From assembly GCA_965197905.1 (NCBI GenBank), contig CBDAOB010000004.1, positions 1 to 64,000 on the forward strand: DNA of 64,000 nucleotides, given 5' to 3'. Both the position numbers and the translations under genes were made by a program. Below are positions 1-11,590 of this stretch, piece by piece. The notes below the pieces were generated by a model. The model saw only the letters and a list, made by a program, of their open reading frames with translations. It had not been told where the DNA came from and made no database searches. The stretch is from Candidatus Latescibacterota bacterium. GTDB taxonomy: Bacteria > Latescibacterota > UBA2968 > UBA8231. How positions within the stretch are numbered: position 1 is the first letter of the stretch; every line of letters begins with the position of its first letter.

Positions 1-1056
1 CTTCTGGTGAATGCCGCGGGCGATGCCTCGACGCGAGAATTCCCACCTCGGTTTTTGATGGGGGAGTGGGAGAACGTCGTTGACGCATGGCAGTTGGATA
101 GCTGGGAGGCCTATCGCGACGTCAGGAGACTCGGACGAAAGACGCGCCTACCCGTCGAGCAGCGTGCGTCGCTTTGGACCATCTTTGAACAAGCCAAGGT
201 GAAACTTCGAGAGCGCGGTCTGGTGACACGATCCAAGATGTACGGCGAGCTCACAGCGAGAATCCAAGATCGTCGGAATCCCCCCTTCGACTTCGCAGTC
301 GTGGATGAGGCGCAGGACATCAGCGTTGCCCAACTGCGCTTCCTTGCCGCCTTGGGAGACCAGCGGGCTAACAGCCTCTTCTTCGCAGGTGATCTGGGTC
401 AACGAATTTTCCAGACGCCATTTTCTTGGAAGACACTGGGCATCGATATACAAGGAAAGTCTGAGACTCTCAAACTCAACTATCGAACGTCGCACGAAAT
501 CCGTACGCAGGCAGATCGTCTGCTGGGAACTGAAGTCGCCGATGTCGACGGCAACGTCGAGGATCGGCGGGGGACGGTCTCGGCTTTTGGGGGGCCTCCG
601 CCGATAATATGCGTTTTCGAGACCGTGGAGGAAGAAAACGAGGCCGTCGCGTCGTGGATACAAGAACGCCGAGAGGAGGGCGTGGGTGCCAATGAAATTG
701 CGGTGTTCGTACGGTCGTCTAACGAGTTGGACCGAGCGCACACAGCTGTCGGTTCCGCTGGGCTTCCCTATGAGGTTCTGGATGAAGACGTCGAGGCGGA
801 GAACGATGGCGTGTCGATAACTACGATGCATCGGGCGAAGGGCTTGGAGTTTCGCGCCGTCGCCGTCATTGCCTGTGACGATGAAGTGATCCCGCTCCAA
901 GAGAGGATCGAAACCGTCGCGGATGATTCTGATCTCGAAGAAGTCTACGAAACGGAGAGGCACCTACTCTACGTTGCTTGTACACGGGCCCGGGACCACT
1001 TGATGGTCGCTGGGGTCAAGCCTGCCTCGGAATTCTTGGATGACTTACGGATGTAA
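1..1056 (+). CDS. UvrD/REP-like superfamily 1 helicase, C-terminal part (5' end outside window)
   Basis: Motifs VVDEAQD (II), FFAGDLGQRIF (III), LKLNYRTS (IV), TMHRAKGLEF (V), ERHLLYVACTRAR (VI). Confidence 0.9.
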   Translation, partial: LLVNAAGDASTREFPPRFLMGEWENVVDAWQLDSWEAYRDVRRLGRKTRLPVEQRASLWTIFEQAKVKLRERGLVTRSKMYGELTARIQDRRNPPFDFAVVDEAQDISVAQLRFLAALGDQRANSLFFAGDLGQRIFQTPFSWKTLGIDIQGKSETLKLNYRTSHEIRTQADRLLGTEVADVDGNVEDRRGTVSAFGGPPPIICVFETVEEENEAVASWIQERREEGVGANEIAVFVRSSNELDRAHTAVGSAGLPYEVLDEDVEAENDGVSITTMHRAKGLEFRAVAVIACDDEVIPLQERIETVADDSDLEEVYETERHLLYVACTRARDHLMVAGVKPASEFLDDLRM

Positions 1057-1320
1057 GGTTGGCGCGCAGCCTTTGGGTGGCCGAGCGACCCGATACGATT
1101 CCGCGCCGCTTGATGCGAATCGCCTCGGCCGTGTAGACCCCGGCGAGCTCGCGGGTGCCATCCACCGTGGCGGGTAGTTGCTGAACTTCCCCGGTGACTT
1201 CCATGGTGACTTCCCCGGCGACTTCCGTGGTGACAAGAATGACGCGGGTGACGGAAATCGCAACCGCCCCAAGCTGGGCGTCGGCGTTGTGGAAATGGGG
1301 TAGCAGAGAGCGGGTGCGCT

Positions 1321-1938
1321 GCTACTCCGGCCAGCAGCCAAGCACGATCTGACACCGTGTCAGGCTGGTCGCCCCGATCCGATAGCCTCCGGCGAACTCG
1401 CTGGCCCCGTTCACGGCGGCCAACCCCACTCTCCGACGAAAGTACCGCCCAGCGGTCATTGGGAGTCTCGGTCAGGGACTCCAGTCATCAAAAAGCGGCA
1501 ACCCCGTCTTCTGCTCGGGCGCTTCCGTCACCTGCCGGAGCAGTTGGGTCAGCGCTTGGTTTACCAAGGTCGAATCCGCGACGTGTGATAGCCCCGGCCC
1601 GAACGCGGCCACGAACGCGGGATCAGCGAAACCGTTCACCGAGGTGATCGACAGGGGACTGCCGCCACCGGGGAGCTCCAGCTCGCCCCACGTGGGTTTC
1701 AGTCGCTGGTGGAGCTTCTCAATCAGCGCAGCACGCACCGCTTGCAGGAGCTCTGAGTCGCATCTCACGATCTCATCCAGCCTTCTCCCGATGGCTCGTT
1801 TACCGCTGGAGGTGCTCATGGGCTCGCCTCGTCAGTACGGACCGTTTCTTCGCTGTCGTCGATTTGTCATCACCCCAATGGACCGGCGTTTCTGTAGTTG
1901 GCGGACACGGTAGTGGGCCGCTACTCCGGCCAGCAGCC
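1321..1938 (+). repeat. 19-bp direct repeat gctactccggccagcagcc (1321-1339 and 1920-1938)
   Basis: Exact match seen in sequence; weaker similarity continues ~15 bp downstream. Confidence 0.75.
1472..1819 (-). CDS. Hypothetical protein (115 aa)
   Basis: ORF with ATG start and protein-like composition, flanked by 19-bp direct repeats; no recognised motif. Confidence 0.4.
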   Translation of the reverse strand: MSTSSGKRAIGRRLDEIVRCDSELLQAVRAALIEKLHQRLKPTWGELELPGGGSPLSITSVNGFADPAFVAAFGPGLSHVADSTLVNQALTQLLRQVTEAPEQKTGLPLFDDWSP

Positions 1939-2365
1939 GGAGACGATTCGGCGCCCCAGGCGCCCGCTGTGGCGCTTTCGGGGACCGATTGGGGCATGAT
2001 CGCGCCCAGTCGGCTAGGCGCGCCTGTGTAGCCACGTCGGCCAAGGGGTTGGCGGTCCCGTAGGCCAGGATGTCCTTGTCGGGCACCTCGAGAATCGGGA
2101 ACCCGGGCCCGTCGTAGTCAGCATCATGAAGTCGAGTATATAATTCCCTAAAATTAAGAGGTCGAAAAAAAAAGGGAGGGCCGACCCCTGCTTTGAGATA
2201 TCCGGACCCGGGCTGGAGGGGGTGGTGCTACTTCAGCTGACGGGCGACGAGTTGGGCCGACATCGTGCCGCTGGCGGCTCCAGTGCGGGGTGCTGGCGGT
2301 GTGACGGACGTCCTGCTCGAGGATGGGGTCGCGGCCTTGGACCGCCCGCGACGGGGGTGTTGGGC

Positions 2366-2788
2366 TCAGCCCGGGGTGAACCCGAACAGGGCGCGCTGCC
2401 GCTCCCAGTCCATGGGGAAGGTGCGGATCAGTCGGGTCAGCGACAGGCCGGATGGCTCTTCGCCGTGGAGGATCGCCTCGATGATGTCGGGGGCCAGCGT
2501 GGTCAGCTTCAGGATGCGCACCACATAGGAATTATCCACATCCAGACTCCTCGCCAGATCCGTGATGGAGTGAAAATCCCCGTTCTCAATCGCATCCGAC
2601 CAGGAAAACGCCCGGCCCAGGGCCTGAACCACGGCCGCCTGAACGTCCGATGGGCCATCCGGAACATCGCCATCCAGCGCCTGGGGGGCGAAAATCATCT
2701 TCCGGCCCCGCATCCGCCGGATGCGCATCGGAATATGGATCTGCAGATTGCCGGTCTCCGTCAGCGCGAGGGTCGGCTGCGGAGTCAT
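2366..2788 (-). CDS. Small HTH-containing protein typically encoded downstream of large serine recombinases
   Basis: RRMRGRKMI N-terminus, SITDLARSLDVDNSYVVRILKLTTLAPDIIEAILHG HTH, PMDWERQR end; ATGA overlap with recombinase stop. Confidence 0.75.
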   Translation of the reverse strand: MTPQPTLALTETGNLQIHIPMRIRRMRGRKMIFAPQALDGDVPDGPSDVQAAVVQALGRAFSWSDAIENGDFHSITDLARSLDVDNSYVVRILKLTTLAPDIIEAILHGEEPSGLSLTRLIRTFPMDWERQRALFGFTPG

Positions 2789-4373
2789 CGGCCGTTGCTC
2801 CGTTCCCTGGCCTCACTCGCCAAGCCGCTCAGCTCGATGATGAGGCTGGACAGGCCCCGGGTCTTCAATTCCATGTCGATGCCGGTCTCCCGGATTTCCA
2901 CTTTCTCGACCAGCAGCCGGATCAGCCGGTTGCGTTCCAGGGGAAACAGGTCGTCCCAAAAGGTCTCCACGCTCTGGAAGGCTTCCGCGACCTCCCGTTC
3001 CGCTACGGGGTCTGCCTCGAACGCCCGGACTCGGGCCGAGACATCCGTCAGCTGGCGGCTCAGGGTCACCGCCTCCTGGTTGAGCTCGACCAATGCCGCT
3101 CCGGGGTCCGACCCGTTGCCGTTGGGCTCTGCCTCCTTAAGCGCCCGCTCGCGGAGCTTACGGTGAGCATGTTCCAGCCGCTCTTTCCGCTTCAGCAGCC
3201 GCTCCCGCCCGGCTTCTTCCATCCCCTTGGCGGCGAAGTAGGTCCGGGACACCAGCGTCGGGGTTCGGAAGACCGCGCTCAGTTGCTCCAGCACGACCTT
3301 CTCGATGTCCCCGGCCGGCACGCGCTTGAGCCGGCAGCGGCTGACCGCTCGCTTGGCGTCCTTCGCGCAGTGGTAGTAGGTGTAGCGCCGCGGTCCTTTT
3401 TGAGTGTAGGTCAAGCCCATCGCACCGTCGTAGTGGCCGCAGCGAACCACCCCCTGGAGCGGAGAGATGATCTTCGTTCGGGCCTTCGTCTGCCTGGCCC
3501 GGGTGTTCTCCGAGAGCACCGCCTGGACCTTTTCCCATAGTCCCTTGGAAACGATGGCCTCGTACTCTCCGGGATAGCCCTTCCCCTTGTGGACCACCTC
3601 GCCCCTATAGGTGCGGTTGCCGAGCAGGCGGTAGATGTGGCCGGTATTCCACGGGACTCCCCGGCCGGTGTTTTCCCTTCTTCGTGGTCCAGGACTTGGT
3701 GTGGTAGCCCTGCTCGTTGAGCTCGGCGGCCAGTGCCTTGGCCGAGCCCAGATGGGTGAAGCGCTTGAAGATGTGCTTGACCAGCGGTGCTTCCTCCGGA
3801 TTGACGAGCAGCTTCTTTCTGCTCCCGGTCGACATCGTAGCCGAGGATGGCCGGGCCGCCACAGTACTTGCCCCGCCGCTTGGCCGCCGCCACCTTGTCC
3901 CGGATGCGCTCGGCGATGACCTCGCGCTCGTACTGGGCGAAGGTGATCAGAATGCCCAGGAACATGCGCCCGGTCGGGTCGGTGGTGTTGAAGTGTTGGG
4001 TGACCGAGACGAAGCTGACGCCCGTCTGATTGAACCGCTCGATCATCTTCATGAAGTCGAGCAGCGACCGCGACAGGCGGTCGATCTTGTAGACCACGAT
4101 CACATCCACCTTGCCCGTATTCACGTCGGCCAGCAGACGCTGTAATCCCGGGCGCTCCATGTTGCCGCCGGAGAATCCACCGTCGTCGTAGTGGTCCGGC
4201 AGCGCGCGCCAGCCCTGCAGGCGCTGGCTTTCGATGTAGGCCTCGGCCGCCTCCCGCTGGGCATCCAGCGAGTTGAATTCCTGCTCCAGGCCGTCCTCGT
4301 GGCTCTTGCGGGTGTAGATGGCGCAGTGGATGAGCTTCGTCTCCGTGGGGTTGTTCGTGCCGGTATCAGGCAT
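2785..4373 (-). pseudogene. Large serine recombinase (resolvase + recombinase + Zn ribbon), split by ~2 frameshifts (possibly sequencing errors)
   Basis: CAIYTRKS catalytic motif, [40 protein letters not shown]; continues in ORFs 3605-3862 and 2785-3597. Confidence 0.9.
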
Positions 4374-4903
4374 GCTGGCCTCCTCGCATCGTGTCTCTTC
4401 TTCAGCCCGAAGAAGAGCCTGCCGTTCCAGCGGGTGCCGGTAATCTCCCGAGCCACGGCGCTCAAGGAGCGGAAGATCCGGCCCTCGTACTCGAAGCCGT
4501 TCGGGTGGGCGAGGACCTCGTAGCGTCGGTCCTTCCATATCCGGACGAACCGGGTGCCCGGCAGGATGTCCTGCCTTAGCTCCGGGTGATTGCCGGAGAC
4601 CCGGCTCGTCCACCCGGGCCACCGGGTCGCCCTGGGCGACTTGCCGCAAACGCGTCTGGGCGGACTCCGACAGGCCGCCGTAGAACAGTTCCTGGATGCG
4701 ATAGGCCAGGCGCTTGATGAGGAACCGTCTCGCTTGTAGCGGGGCGGCTCGCCGCCGTAGAGATCGCGCCACTGCTCGTGCAGCTGTTCCAGCGACATTG
4801 TCTCGAGCGTCGCCAGCTGTCGCAGGACGGAATGACGGGCGCGGGACCCCTTGCGGCTCTCTTGCGATCCCTTTCCGAACTGATTCACGGGCAACCCCCT
4901 CAT
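4366..4903 (-). pseudogene. DUF2924-family protein, frameshifted
   Basis: [67 protein letters not shown] spread over two frames; typical position upstream of a serine recombinase. Confidence 0.85.
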
Positions 4904-4979
4904 TGACGTCTCCTGGACGCGTTTGTCAGACACGAACGCTCTGTTGGTGCCAGAAGTCAAGTCCTTCTCCCGCTTATAG

Positions 4980-5177
4980 TTAGGGATTCTTTGCTTTTCT
5001 CCCGATATCGCGCGAAGAGTCGCCTTCTCGGGCTCTCCGGCGGAGCACGCCGACGGCCAGGATCGAGGCGATGGCTTCCAGCTTCGCTTTCGGGGCAAGC
5101 GGTTCGGGCTCGGGGCGGACCCCAACTTCAGGCCGGTCGGAACGGATGGTTCCCAACTCGAAATCGGCATTCCACAT
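4980..5177 (-). CDS. Small hypothetical protein of the DUF2924/recombinase module
   Basis: LEAIASILAVGVLRRR segment; ggagg RBS before ATG 5177. Confidence 0.45.
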   Translation of the reverse strand: MWNADFELGTIRSDRPEVGVRPEPEPLAPKAKLEAIASILAVGVLRRRAREGDSSRDIGRKAKNP

Positions 5178-6144
5178 CGTGACCTCCGGCGGCTCGGGGA
5201 CCGGTTGGGCTGGTGTGGATGCCGTGGGAACTCGCCGGACGGCGTGGAGCGGGTTCGCCGGCACCCACAACCGCCTCAGCTTGTCGCTGCCGGTCCGTTG
5301 TCTGGTTGCTGACGCTGCGGCCGGGCGCCGTCCCCGGCCCTGTCGCCGGTGACCTACCGGAGGCGGGCCACGACTGTCGGGAGGTACGGGAATCCGGATT
5401 CAGACCAGAGGGGGGAAATCGGCCATCGGACGAGCCGTGAACTCCCGGGTGCTCAAGACCGGGCACAGGGCGTGTTCCCACAACCCCCGAAAACGGCCTT
5501 TTCGGCTCGACCCATTGATCCTAAATGGATTAACCCAATCGGACGAGGTTCGGACGAGGTCCGGCAGGAACGGAGAATACGGGCCGAACAGAGAATGAGA
5601 GGCCGGAAAACAGGACGAATCCGGCCGGTTGGGAAATGAAGCGGGAATGATGGGAGGAACGCCCAAACCCCTTGGAAATAGGGGTTTTGGACGCACGTCT
5701 CTCCGAGGGCCACCCCGGAGAGACGAGTTGCGTCTTGAAGAATGGTGGAGGGCTTGCAGCCTTCACGCAATCCACGCTCCCATAGCGCGGACATGCGTAA
5801 TCCGTTTATTTGTATAGCCTTAAGAGCGTCAACGGATGGCCCGCCAAGTTTCCGATGGCGGAAGTCATTTTGACCCCAATTTCCCCTCCGGTCGAGAAAT
5901 CGTCGATCTTGGCAATTAACGCCGATTTCCGCCTCCCGCCAAAAGAGCTCCAACTCCGACCTGCCGGCCAGAATGTCCGGATCGTCGTGCCAGACGCTGT
6001 TCACCCTGGTGCTGACGGCGCGCCGCTCGTAAGGGCCGCCATGGGGGTTCACGCACCAAGTCGAGGAGTCGTGGCGCCCCGGAGGGGTCATCGAGGGAGC
6101 GCTCAAAGGGAGGCGGGGCATTGTCAGACAAACGCGATCAGATC

Positions 6145-6525
6145 ATCGCCGAGGCTGTTCGCGACGCGATCACCGCTTCGATTTCGACCCTGCCTGAACA
6201 ACTGCGACGATCGCTGACCTGGGACCAAGGCGCGGAGATGGCTCAGCACGCCCAGCTCCGGATCGACACCGATCTGGCGATCTACTTCTGCGATCCTCAT
6301 AGCCCGTGGCAACGAGGGACGAATGAGAACACCAACGGTTTGTTGCGTCAGTACTTTCCCAAAGGCACAGACCTGAGCAGACATAACGCCGAGGATCTCG
6401 CAGCTGTTGCCACAGCTCTCAACAGTCGTCCCCGAAAAACCCTCGGTTGGCGCACCCCTGCCGAAATGCTCAGTGATCATATACACTCAGTCCAGCAAGC
6501 CACTGTTGCGACGACCCCTTGAGCT
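6145..6525 (+). pseudogene. IS30-family transposase C-terminal fragment
   Basis: SLTWDQGAEMA, YFCDPHSPWQRGTNENTNGLLRQYFPKG, LNSRPRKTLGWRTP. Confidence 0.9.
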
Positions 6526-6671
6526 CAACAAGTAGGCGATAATCTTACTGAGAGTCCCCGCCTTTCTCAGCTTCTTGAACAATTGATTGAGCAGTTTGGA
6601 AAACTTCTGAGAGTACTTCATAAAAAGGTTCGGTCGGGGAAATAACTTTCTACATACGATGAGGAAATTCC

Positions 6672-8145
6672 GAGTTATTGTCAGAAGTTGTGGATCTGGA
6701 GGGACAGGGCCACCAAGGCGATCGACGGCATAAAGGGAGAGAGCGTATCCTCAGGGTGACCACAAACACACCCATACCCCGTAGACGCGGGAGGAGGATA
6801 CGCTCGTGGAAGAATCTACGATCATCATGGACCATGGCGCGATAGCGCGAGGGCAGTGCGAGTCGGCGTTGGAGACGATCCTGCGTGAAGGCGGTCGTCG
6901 CTTGCCGCAGGAGGCTCTGGAGTTGGAGGTGCAGCAATACATCGAGCGCTTTCAGCAGTTGAAGAGTGAGAGCGGCCAGGGCCTGGTGGTACGCAACGGC
7001 TACCACCAGGAGCGCGAGCTGGTAACCGGCGCTGGGAAGGTCCCGGTGCGCCAACCGCGCGTACACGACCGCAGGCCAACGGAGCGCTTCACCAGTGCCA
7101 TCCTACCACCGTATCTACGGCGCACGCCCAGCATCGACGCCTTGATTCCGGCGCTCTACCTGAAGGGTATTTCGACCTCCGCCTTCCCGGAAGCGCTGCA
7201 GGCGATCCTGGGTGACGGTGTGGTCGGTTTATCGGCGAACAACGTCGTGCGACTCAAGCAAGTTTGGGAGCAGGAGTTCCAGGCCTGGTCGAAGCGCGAC
7301 CTGCACGGCAAGCGCTACGTTTACCTGTGGGCCGACGCCGTCTACTTCAATGTGCGCCTGCAGAAAGATCGCCCTTGCGTGCTGGTCGTCGTCGGCGCCA
7401 CCGAGGACGGCCACAAGGAGCTGTTGGCAATCCAGGACGGCGAGCGAGAAAGCCATCTCAGCTGGCTGACCTGCTGCAGGACCTGAAGGCTCGAGGCCTG
7501 AAAGAGCACTCCTTCCTGGCCGTCGCCGACGGCGCGTTAGGTTTCTGGAAGGCTCTGGAGGAAGCGTTGCCTGGCGCCCGCGCCCAGCAGTGTTGGGTGC
7601 ATAAGACGGCCCATGTCCTCGACAAGCTGTCCCAGCGGGTGCGCCCTGATGCCAAGAGTCTGTTGCACGAGATGTACCTGGCGCCCGCCCGAGAGGATGC
7701 CCTGGCGGCCTACGACCGCTTTCCTGGGCCGCTACCAGGACAAATATCCCAAGGCCTGCGAGTGTCTGCGCCAGGACCGCGACGTGATGTTTGCCTTCGA
7801 CGATTTCCCGGCCGCCCATTGGGTGCACCTACGAACGACCAACCCGATCGAATCGACCTTCGCCACGGTCCGCCATCGCACGCGCCAGACCAAAGCCTGT
7901 GGCTCACGCGTCACGGCTCTGACCATGGTCTTCAAACTGGCAACCCAGGCCGAAAGGCACTGGCATCGTCTCAACCGCTATCAACTCATCACCCATCTCG
8001 TCGATGGCGACACCTTCACCGACGGTGAACTGCAACTTAAAAAAGCCGCATGGAAATCAGCCACGGTCGCCCGGATACGCTCTCTTCCGCGGGCCCGTCA
8101 CGCCATGGACAAACGACCTTCATCCACAACATTTGACAATATCTC
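6672..8145 (+). mobile_element. IS256-family insertion sequence with both terminal inverted repeats; transposase (6806-~8060) frameshifted
   Basis: IRL gagttattgtcagaagttgtggat (6672-6695) vs reverse complement of IRR gagatattgtcaaatgttgtggat (8122-8145); protein motifs VRNGY, YLWADAVY, VADGALGFW, QCWVHK, LRTTNPIES. No target duplication seen. Confidence 0.9.
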
Positions 8146-8499
8146 TCACGGTATCCAGACGCACCTGTGGCGGCTTGGTAATTGGGCCGGACATCGAAGC
8201 GCGTTGCGATGAAGACGGAAACGACCCGGTTGATAGAATATCGAACGGAAATCATAAGGTATCTTCAGGATGGCGACTCCGAGCAAAGCGGTAAGCGGCC
8301 CGGAGCAGGACGGCCCACTGGTTTGCGGAACAAGCCAACCTTCGCCCGCGAGGCGAGGGCCAAGACGCTGACCGAGCTGGCACGGGAGACAACCGAGGGG
8401 CGACTGGAATCCATCATGACCGATGCGGGGGTTCCGGAGGCAGCCCACGTACCGTCGGCAACCGCCTTGCTGGACCGGGCGACGGCACGGATACGCTGG

Positions 8500-8744
8500 A
8501 GACCGGCGTGCTCGATAACGGGGATGCTCTGCTGGCGGGCCTGATCGTCATGGAACCCCTCAACAAGCAGAAGCAACGCAATTTCGACCGATTCATGGCC
8601 GCGGCCGGTGACCTGAGGGTGGGCCGGAAGCTCTATACCAAGATGCAGCTTCTATCCATCAAGGAAATCCTGAAGGGCAAGCGGTTCGAGACTCCCGATG
8701 TTCTGGGTAAGAAGACCACTGCGCAGCGTCAACTTGACCTGTAG
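8500..8744 (+). pseudogene. Probable C-terminal remnant of a DNA methyltransferase/restriction-endonuclease fusion
   Basis: GVLDNGDALLAGLIVMEPL..RNF..FMAAAG...YTKMQLLSIKEILKGKRF resembles such C-termini (from recall); no start codon or N-terminus. Confidence 0.45.
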
Positions 8745-8928
8745 GGGCAAGGCGGTATCTTATCATTTCCTAGGTCAATGTCGTCATGTCGCGGTCTCCC
8801 CCGTAACGATTCCGGCCGCGTCTCTCTCCACGTGCGGCGCTCGCCCTACCCCCGGCTGTCCTCGAACACCGGCCGGCCGGACGTCCGCGCGGACTTGAAA
8901 CGGAACCGGGATTGGGGTGGTGTGAGAT

Positions 8929-9321
8929 ATGGACAACCGGGGAATCATCGGACGGCGGGGGTTCTGGCCGCTGGCGTTGCTGTGGCTGCCGGCCGGGGTG
9001 GTCGCGACGGCCGTGGTGCGCTTCGCAGGGGACGCGGGGCCGGCGGACGAGCCCGTGCTGTGGCTGGCGATGGCGCCGATGATGGCGGGGTCGATGATGC
9101 TGGTGGCGCCGTGCGGCCTGCCGCTGGCGCTCGGGTGCCGGCGGGTGTGGAGGCTGGGTTACAGGCGTGGCGCGTGGCTGACCGGCATCGCGCTTGGCGC
9201 GGTCACGGTGACGGCGTCGCTGGTGGCCGGCCTGCTCGGCCCGGTCGCGATCGCGGTCTATGCGGCGGTGCTCAGCCTGCCGGTGTGGCTCGCGTGGTGG
9301 TGGCTGGTACGGCGGGGGTGA
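8929..9321 (+). CDS. Hypothetical membrane protein (about 4 TM helices)
   Basis: 130-aa ORF with four hydrophobic stretches, high GC3. Confidence 0.65.
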   Translation: MDNRGIIGRRGFWPLALLWLPAGVVATAVVRFAGDAGPADEPVLWLAMAPMMAGSMMLVAPCGLPLALGCRRVWRLGYRRGAWLTGIALGAVTVTASLVAGLLGPVAIAVYAAVLSLPVWLAWWWLVRRG

Positions 9322-9370
9322 AGGCCGGCGGAGGCGTGCCGGCTGCGCAGCTACGCGGCCCGCCTCCGGT

Positions 9371-9553
9371 TCAGTGCCAGGAGTCGTCGTCGGGCTCCGG
9401 GGCCTCGGCGCGCATGGAGCGGGCGGCGAGTGCGGTCCAGTCCTCCCGCGAGTGCCCTAGCTTCTTGTTTAATTTATCACAAAGCGTCTCCGCATCATGG
9501 ACGGTCAAGGCAACAAGGGCCGTGGGCACATAGCCCTCCATTCCCTCGAACAC
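9371..9553 (-). CDS. Small hypothetical protein or fragment
   Basis: Protein-like 60-aa ORF convergent with 8929-9321. Confidence 0.3.
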   Translation of the reverse strand: MFEGMEGYVPTALVALTVHDAETLCDKLNKKLGHSREDWTALAARSMRAEAPEPDDDSWH

Positions 9554-9753
9554 GATGCGGATTTGCTACGACATCGTCCTCGATGTCGTAGGCAGGGCAG
9601 AAGCAGTAGTTCGGGTCGTCCGCCTTCTCCTAGGAATAAAGCGGCACCGAAAAGGTGTGCCGCCCCAAGTGTTTCCTACCAGTGGTGGTGGGGAGGTTCA
9701 GCTGCATTCCGATGGCAGAATGTCTATTGCTAAGCCTTCACATCAAATAACTA

Positions 9754-10674
9754 GAGCTATAATCAGAAGGTGTGGAAATAGACAGACGGCGATCCTACCC
9801 TTCCTTTGTAATTAGCCATTACAAACGCCGGGGCTATCCCGGCAGGAAGAGGAGAATCGCCATGGCACAACCTAAGCCGAGCACCACGGAAATGTCCATG
9901 CCCACGTTCGAAACGCTGGAAGAGTGGACGCGCTCGCAGATTCAGTCGCTCATGCAGTCGGTTCTGGATGAAGAAGTCACCCATGCACTGGGACGGTCGC
10001 GGTACGAACGTCAGGCACCGTTGGACGCACCCGGCGGCTACCGCAACGGGTACGGGAAGCGGCGGCGACTGTCTTTGACCTCGGGTACGATCGAGGTGAA
10101 ACGCCCGAGGGTGCGGGGTCTGGAAGAGCGATTTGAGAGTGCGGTGCTGCCGCTGTTCGCCCGGCGCACCCAGGCAGTGGGTCAACTGCTGCCTGAGTTC
10201 TACCCTGCACGGTCTGTCCCAGGGCGACTTCGAGTTGGCGCTGCGCGGCCTGCTGGGCGAAGGAGCGCCATTGTCGGCGTCCTCGATCGCTCGTTTGCGT
10301 GAGAAGTGGATCGTCGAATACAACGCCTGGCGCGGCCGACGACTGGATGACCGCGAGCTCGTCTACGCCTGGGCGGACGGGATCTACGTCAAAGCCGGTC
10401 TCGAGAAACAAAAAGCCGCTCTCCTGGTGGTCATCGACGCGATGAGCGACGGACGCAAGGAAGTCCTGGCGATTGTTCCGGGCTATCGCGAATCGAAGGA
10501 GTCGTGGACGGGCGTACTGCGCGATTTGCGTGACCGCGGACTGAGCGCGGCAAAGTTGTTGGTGGCGGATGGGCACCTGGGTATCTGGGCGGCACTGGCA
10601 AAGGTCTGGCCGGAGACGGCTGAACAGCGGTGCTGGAATCATCGCATCCTGAACGTGCTGGATAAGCTGCCTCG
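9754..10674 (+). mobile_element. IS256-family element, 3'-truncated; transposase starts 9862, one frameshift
   Basis: IRL gagctataatcagaaggtgtgga resembles the IR at 6672; YRNGYG, YAWADGIY, VADGHLGIW, QRCWNH; homology stops at LDKLP, where the IS1595 end begins. Confidence 0.85.
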
Positions 10675-11590
10675 GGGGTATCCATTTAACTGGACGACGT
10701 GATGTCCTCAGTCTGGCGTTGGGCCGACCTCCACGGCCGGTTTGCTCGTGGGCGCTCTAGACTCGTGGGATGGCCTCGCCGTGCGGGCGGTACGGGTGGC
10801 GCCTTTTTGGTCGTCGGCTGGCGATGAGATCCTGATAACGCATCGGTTTGTGGGCGACGGCCAGCTCAAGCACGCGGTAAAATACCATGCCACGGCTGCG
10901 GGAACGGCGGCGGTTGAAGCGGAACACGAACTCGTCGAGATAGCTGACCAGATGGGCGTCGTCGACGGAGCCGTGGTGGGTGCCCAGGAGCCACCGCTTG
11001 GCCAGCGAGGCGACCCGATGCACGGCGGGCAGGAGCTTGACGGGATCGTCGCCCCGAGCGCGAGCTACGCCCTGGCTGCGCCGATCATGCACATAGCCGA
11101 GTTGCGCCAGCCCCTGATAGGGCGGCCACCCGTCAGTGACGATCGTGGAGCCCGGCTCCACGTGGTCCAACACGAATTCGTGCAGAGACTCGCCGGACCC
11201 GTCGGCCACCTGGACCGTCCCGCTCAGCAATTCACGCCCGGGACGCACCAACACCGAGCGCAACCGATGCAGCATCGCCCAGGCGGTCTGGTACGAGCCG
11301 ATTTCCAGCACCCGCTTCAGGCTCAACGCCGAGATCCCATCCTTGCCCGTGGTCAGCGGCGTCCGGGTCCGGTCGAAGATCGTACCTGCCGTCACCGAAC
11401 TGCGAGTACTGCACGCCGAACATTTGTACCGCCCGTCGCCCAGACGCCAGCCACGCCAGATAGTCCAAGCAGTCTGCATCGCTGGCGAACCAGGCTTGAA
11501 ATTCGCCCACGGATCGCGGATAGTGTATACCAGCACGAGGGTGATCCATGCTTCATAAAGATACCCCAAGTCCGGTTAAAAGGAATCGGG
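10675..11590 (-). mobile_element. IS1595-family element with internally deleted, frameshifted transposase (11549 to ~10757)
   Basis: YPRSVGEFQAWF..DCLDYL, CSAC..SVTAGTIF, SYQTAWAMLHRLR, VTDGW, YLDEFVFRFNRR; the first catalytic DE segment is missing. Imperfect IRs tccatttaactggac / gtccggttaaaagga. Confidence 0.85.

Noticed and set aside
5836..5890. IS21-like terminal sequence (tggcggaagtcattttgacccca)
   Set aside because: Weak resemblance, with no istA/istB genes or partner end found.
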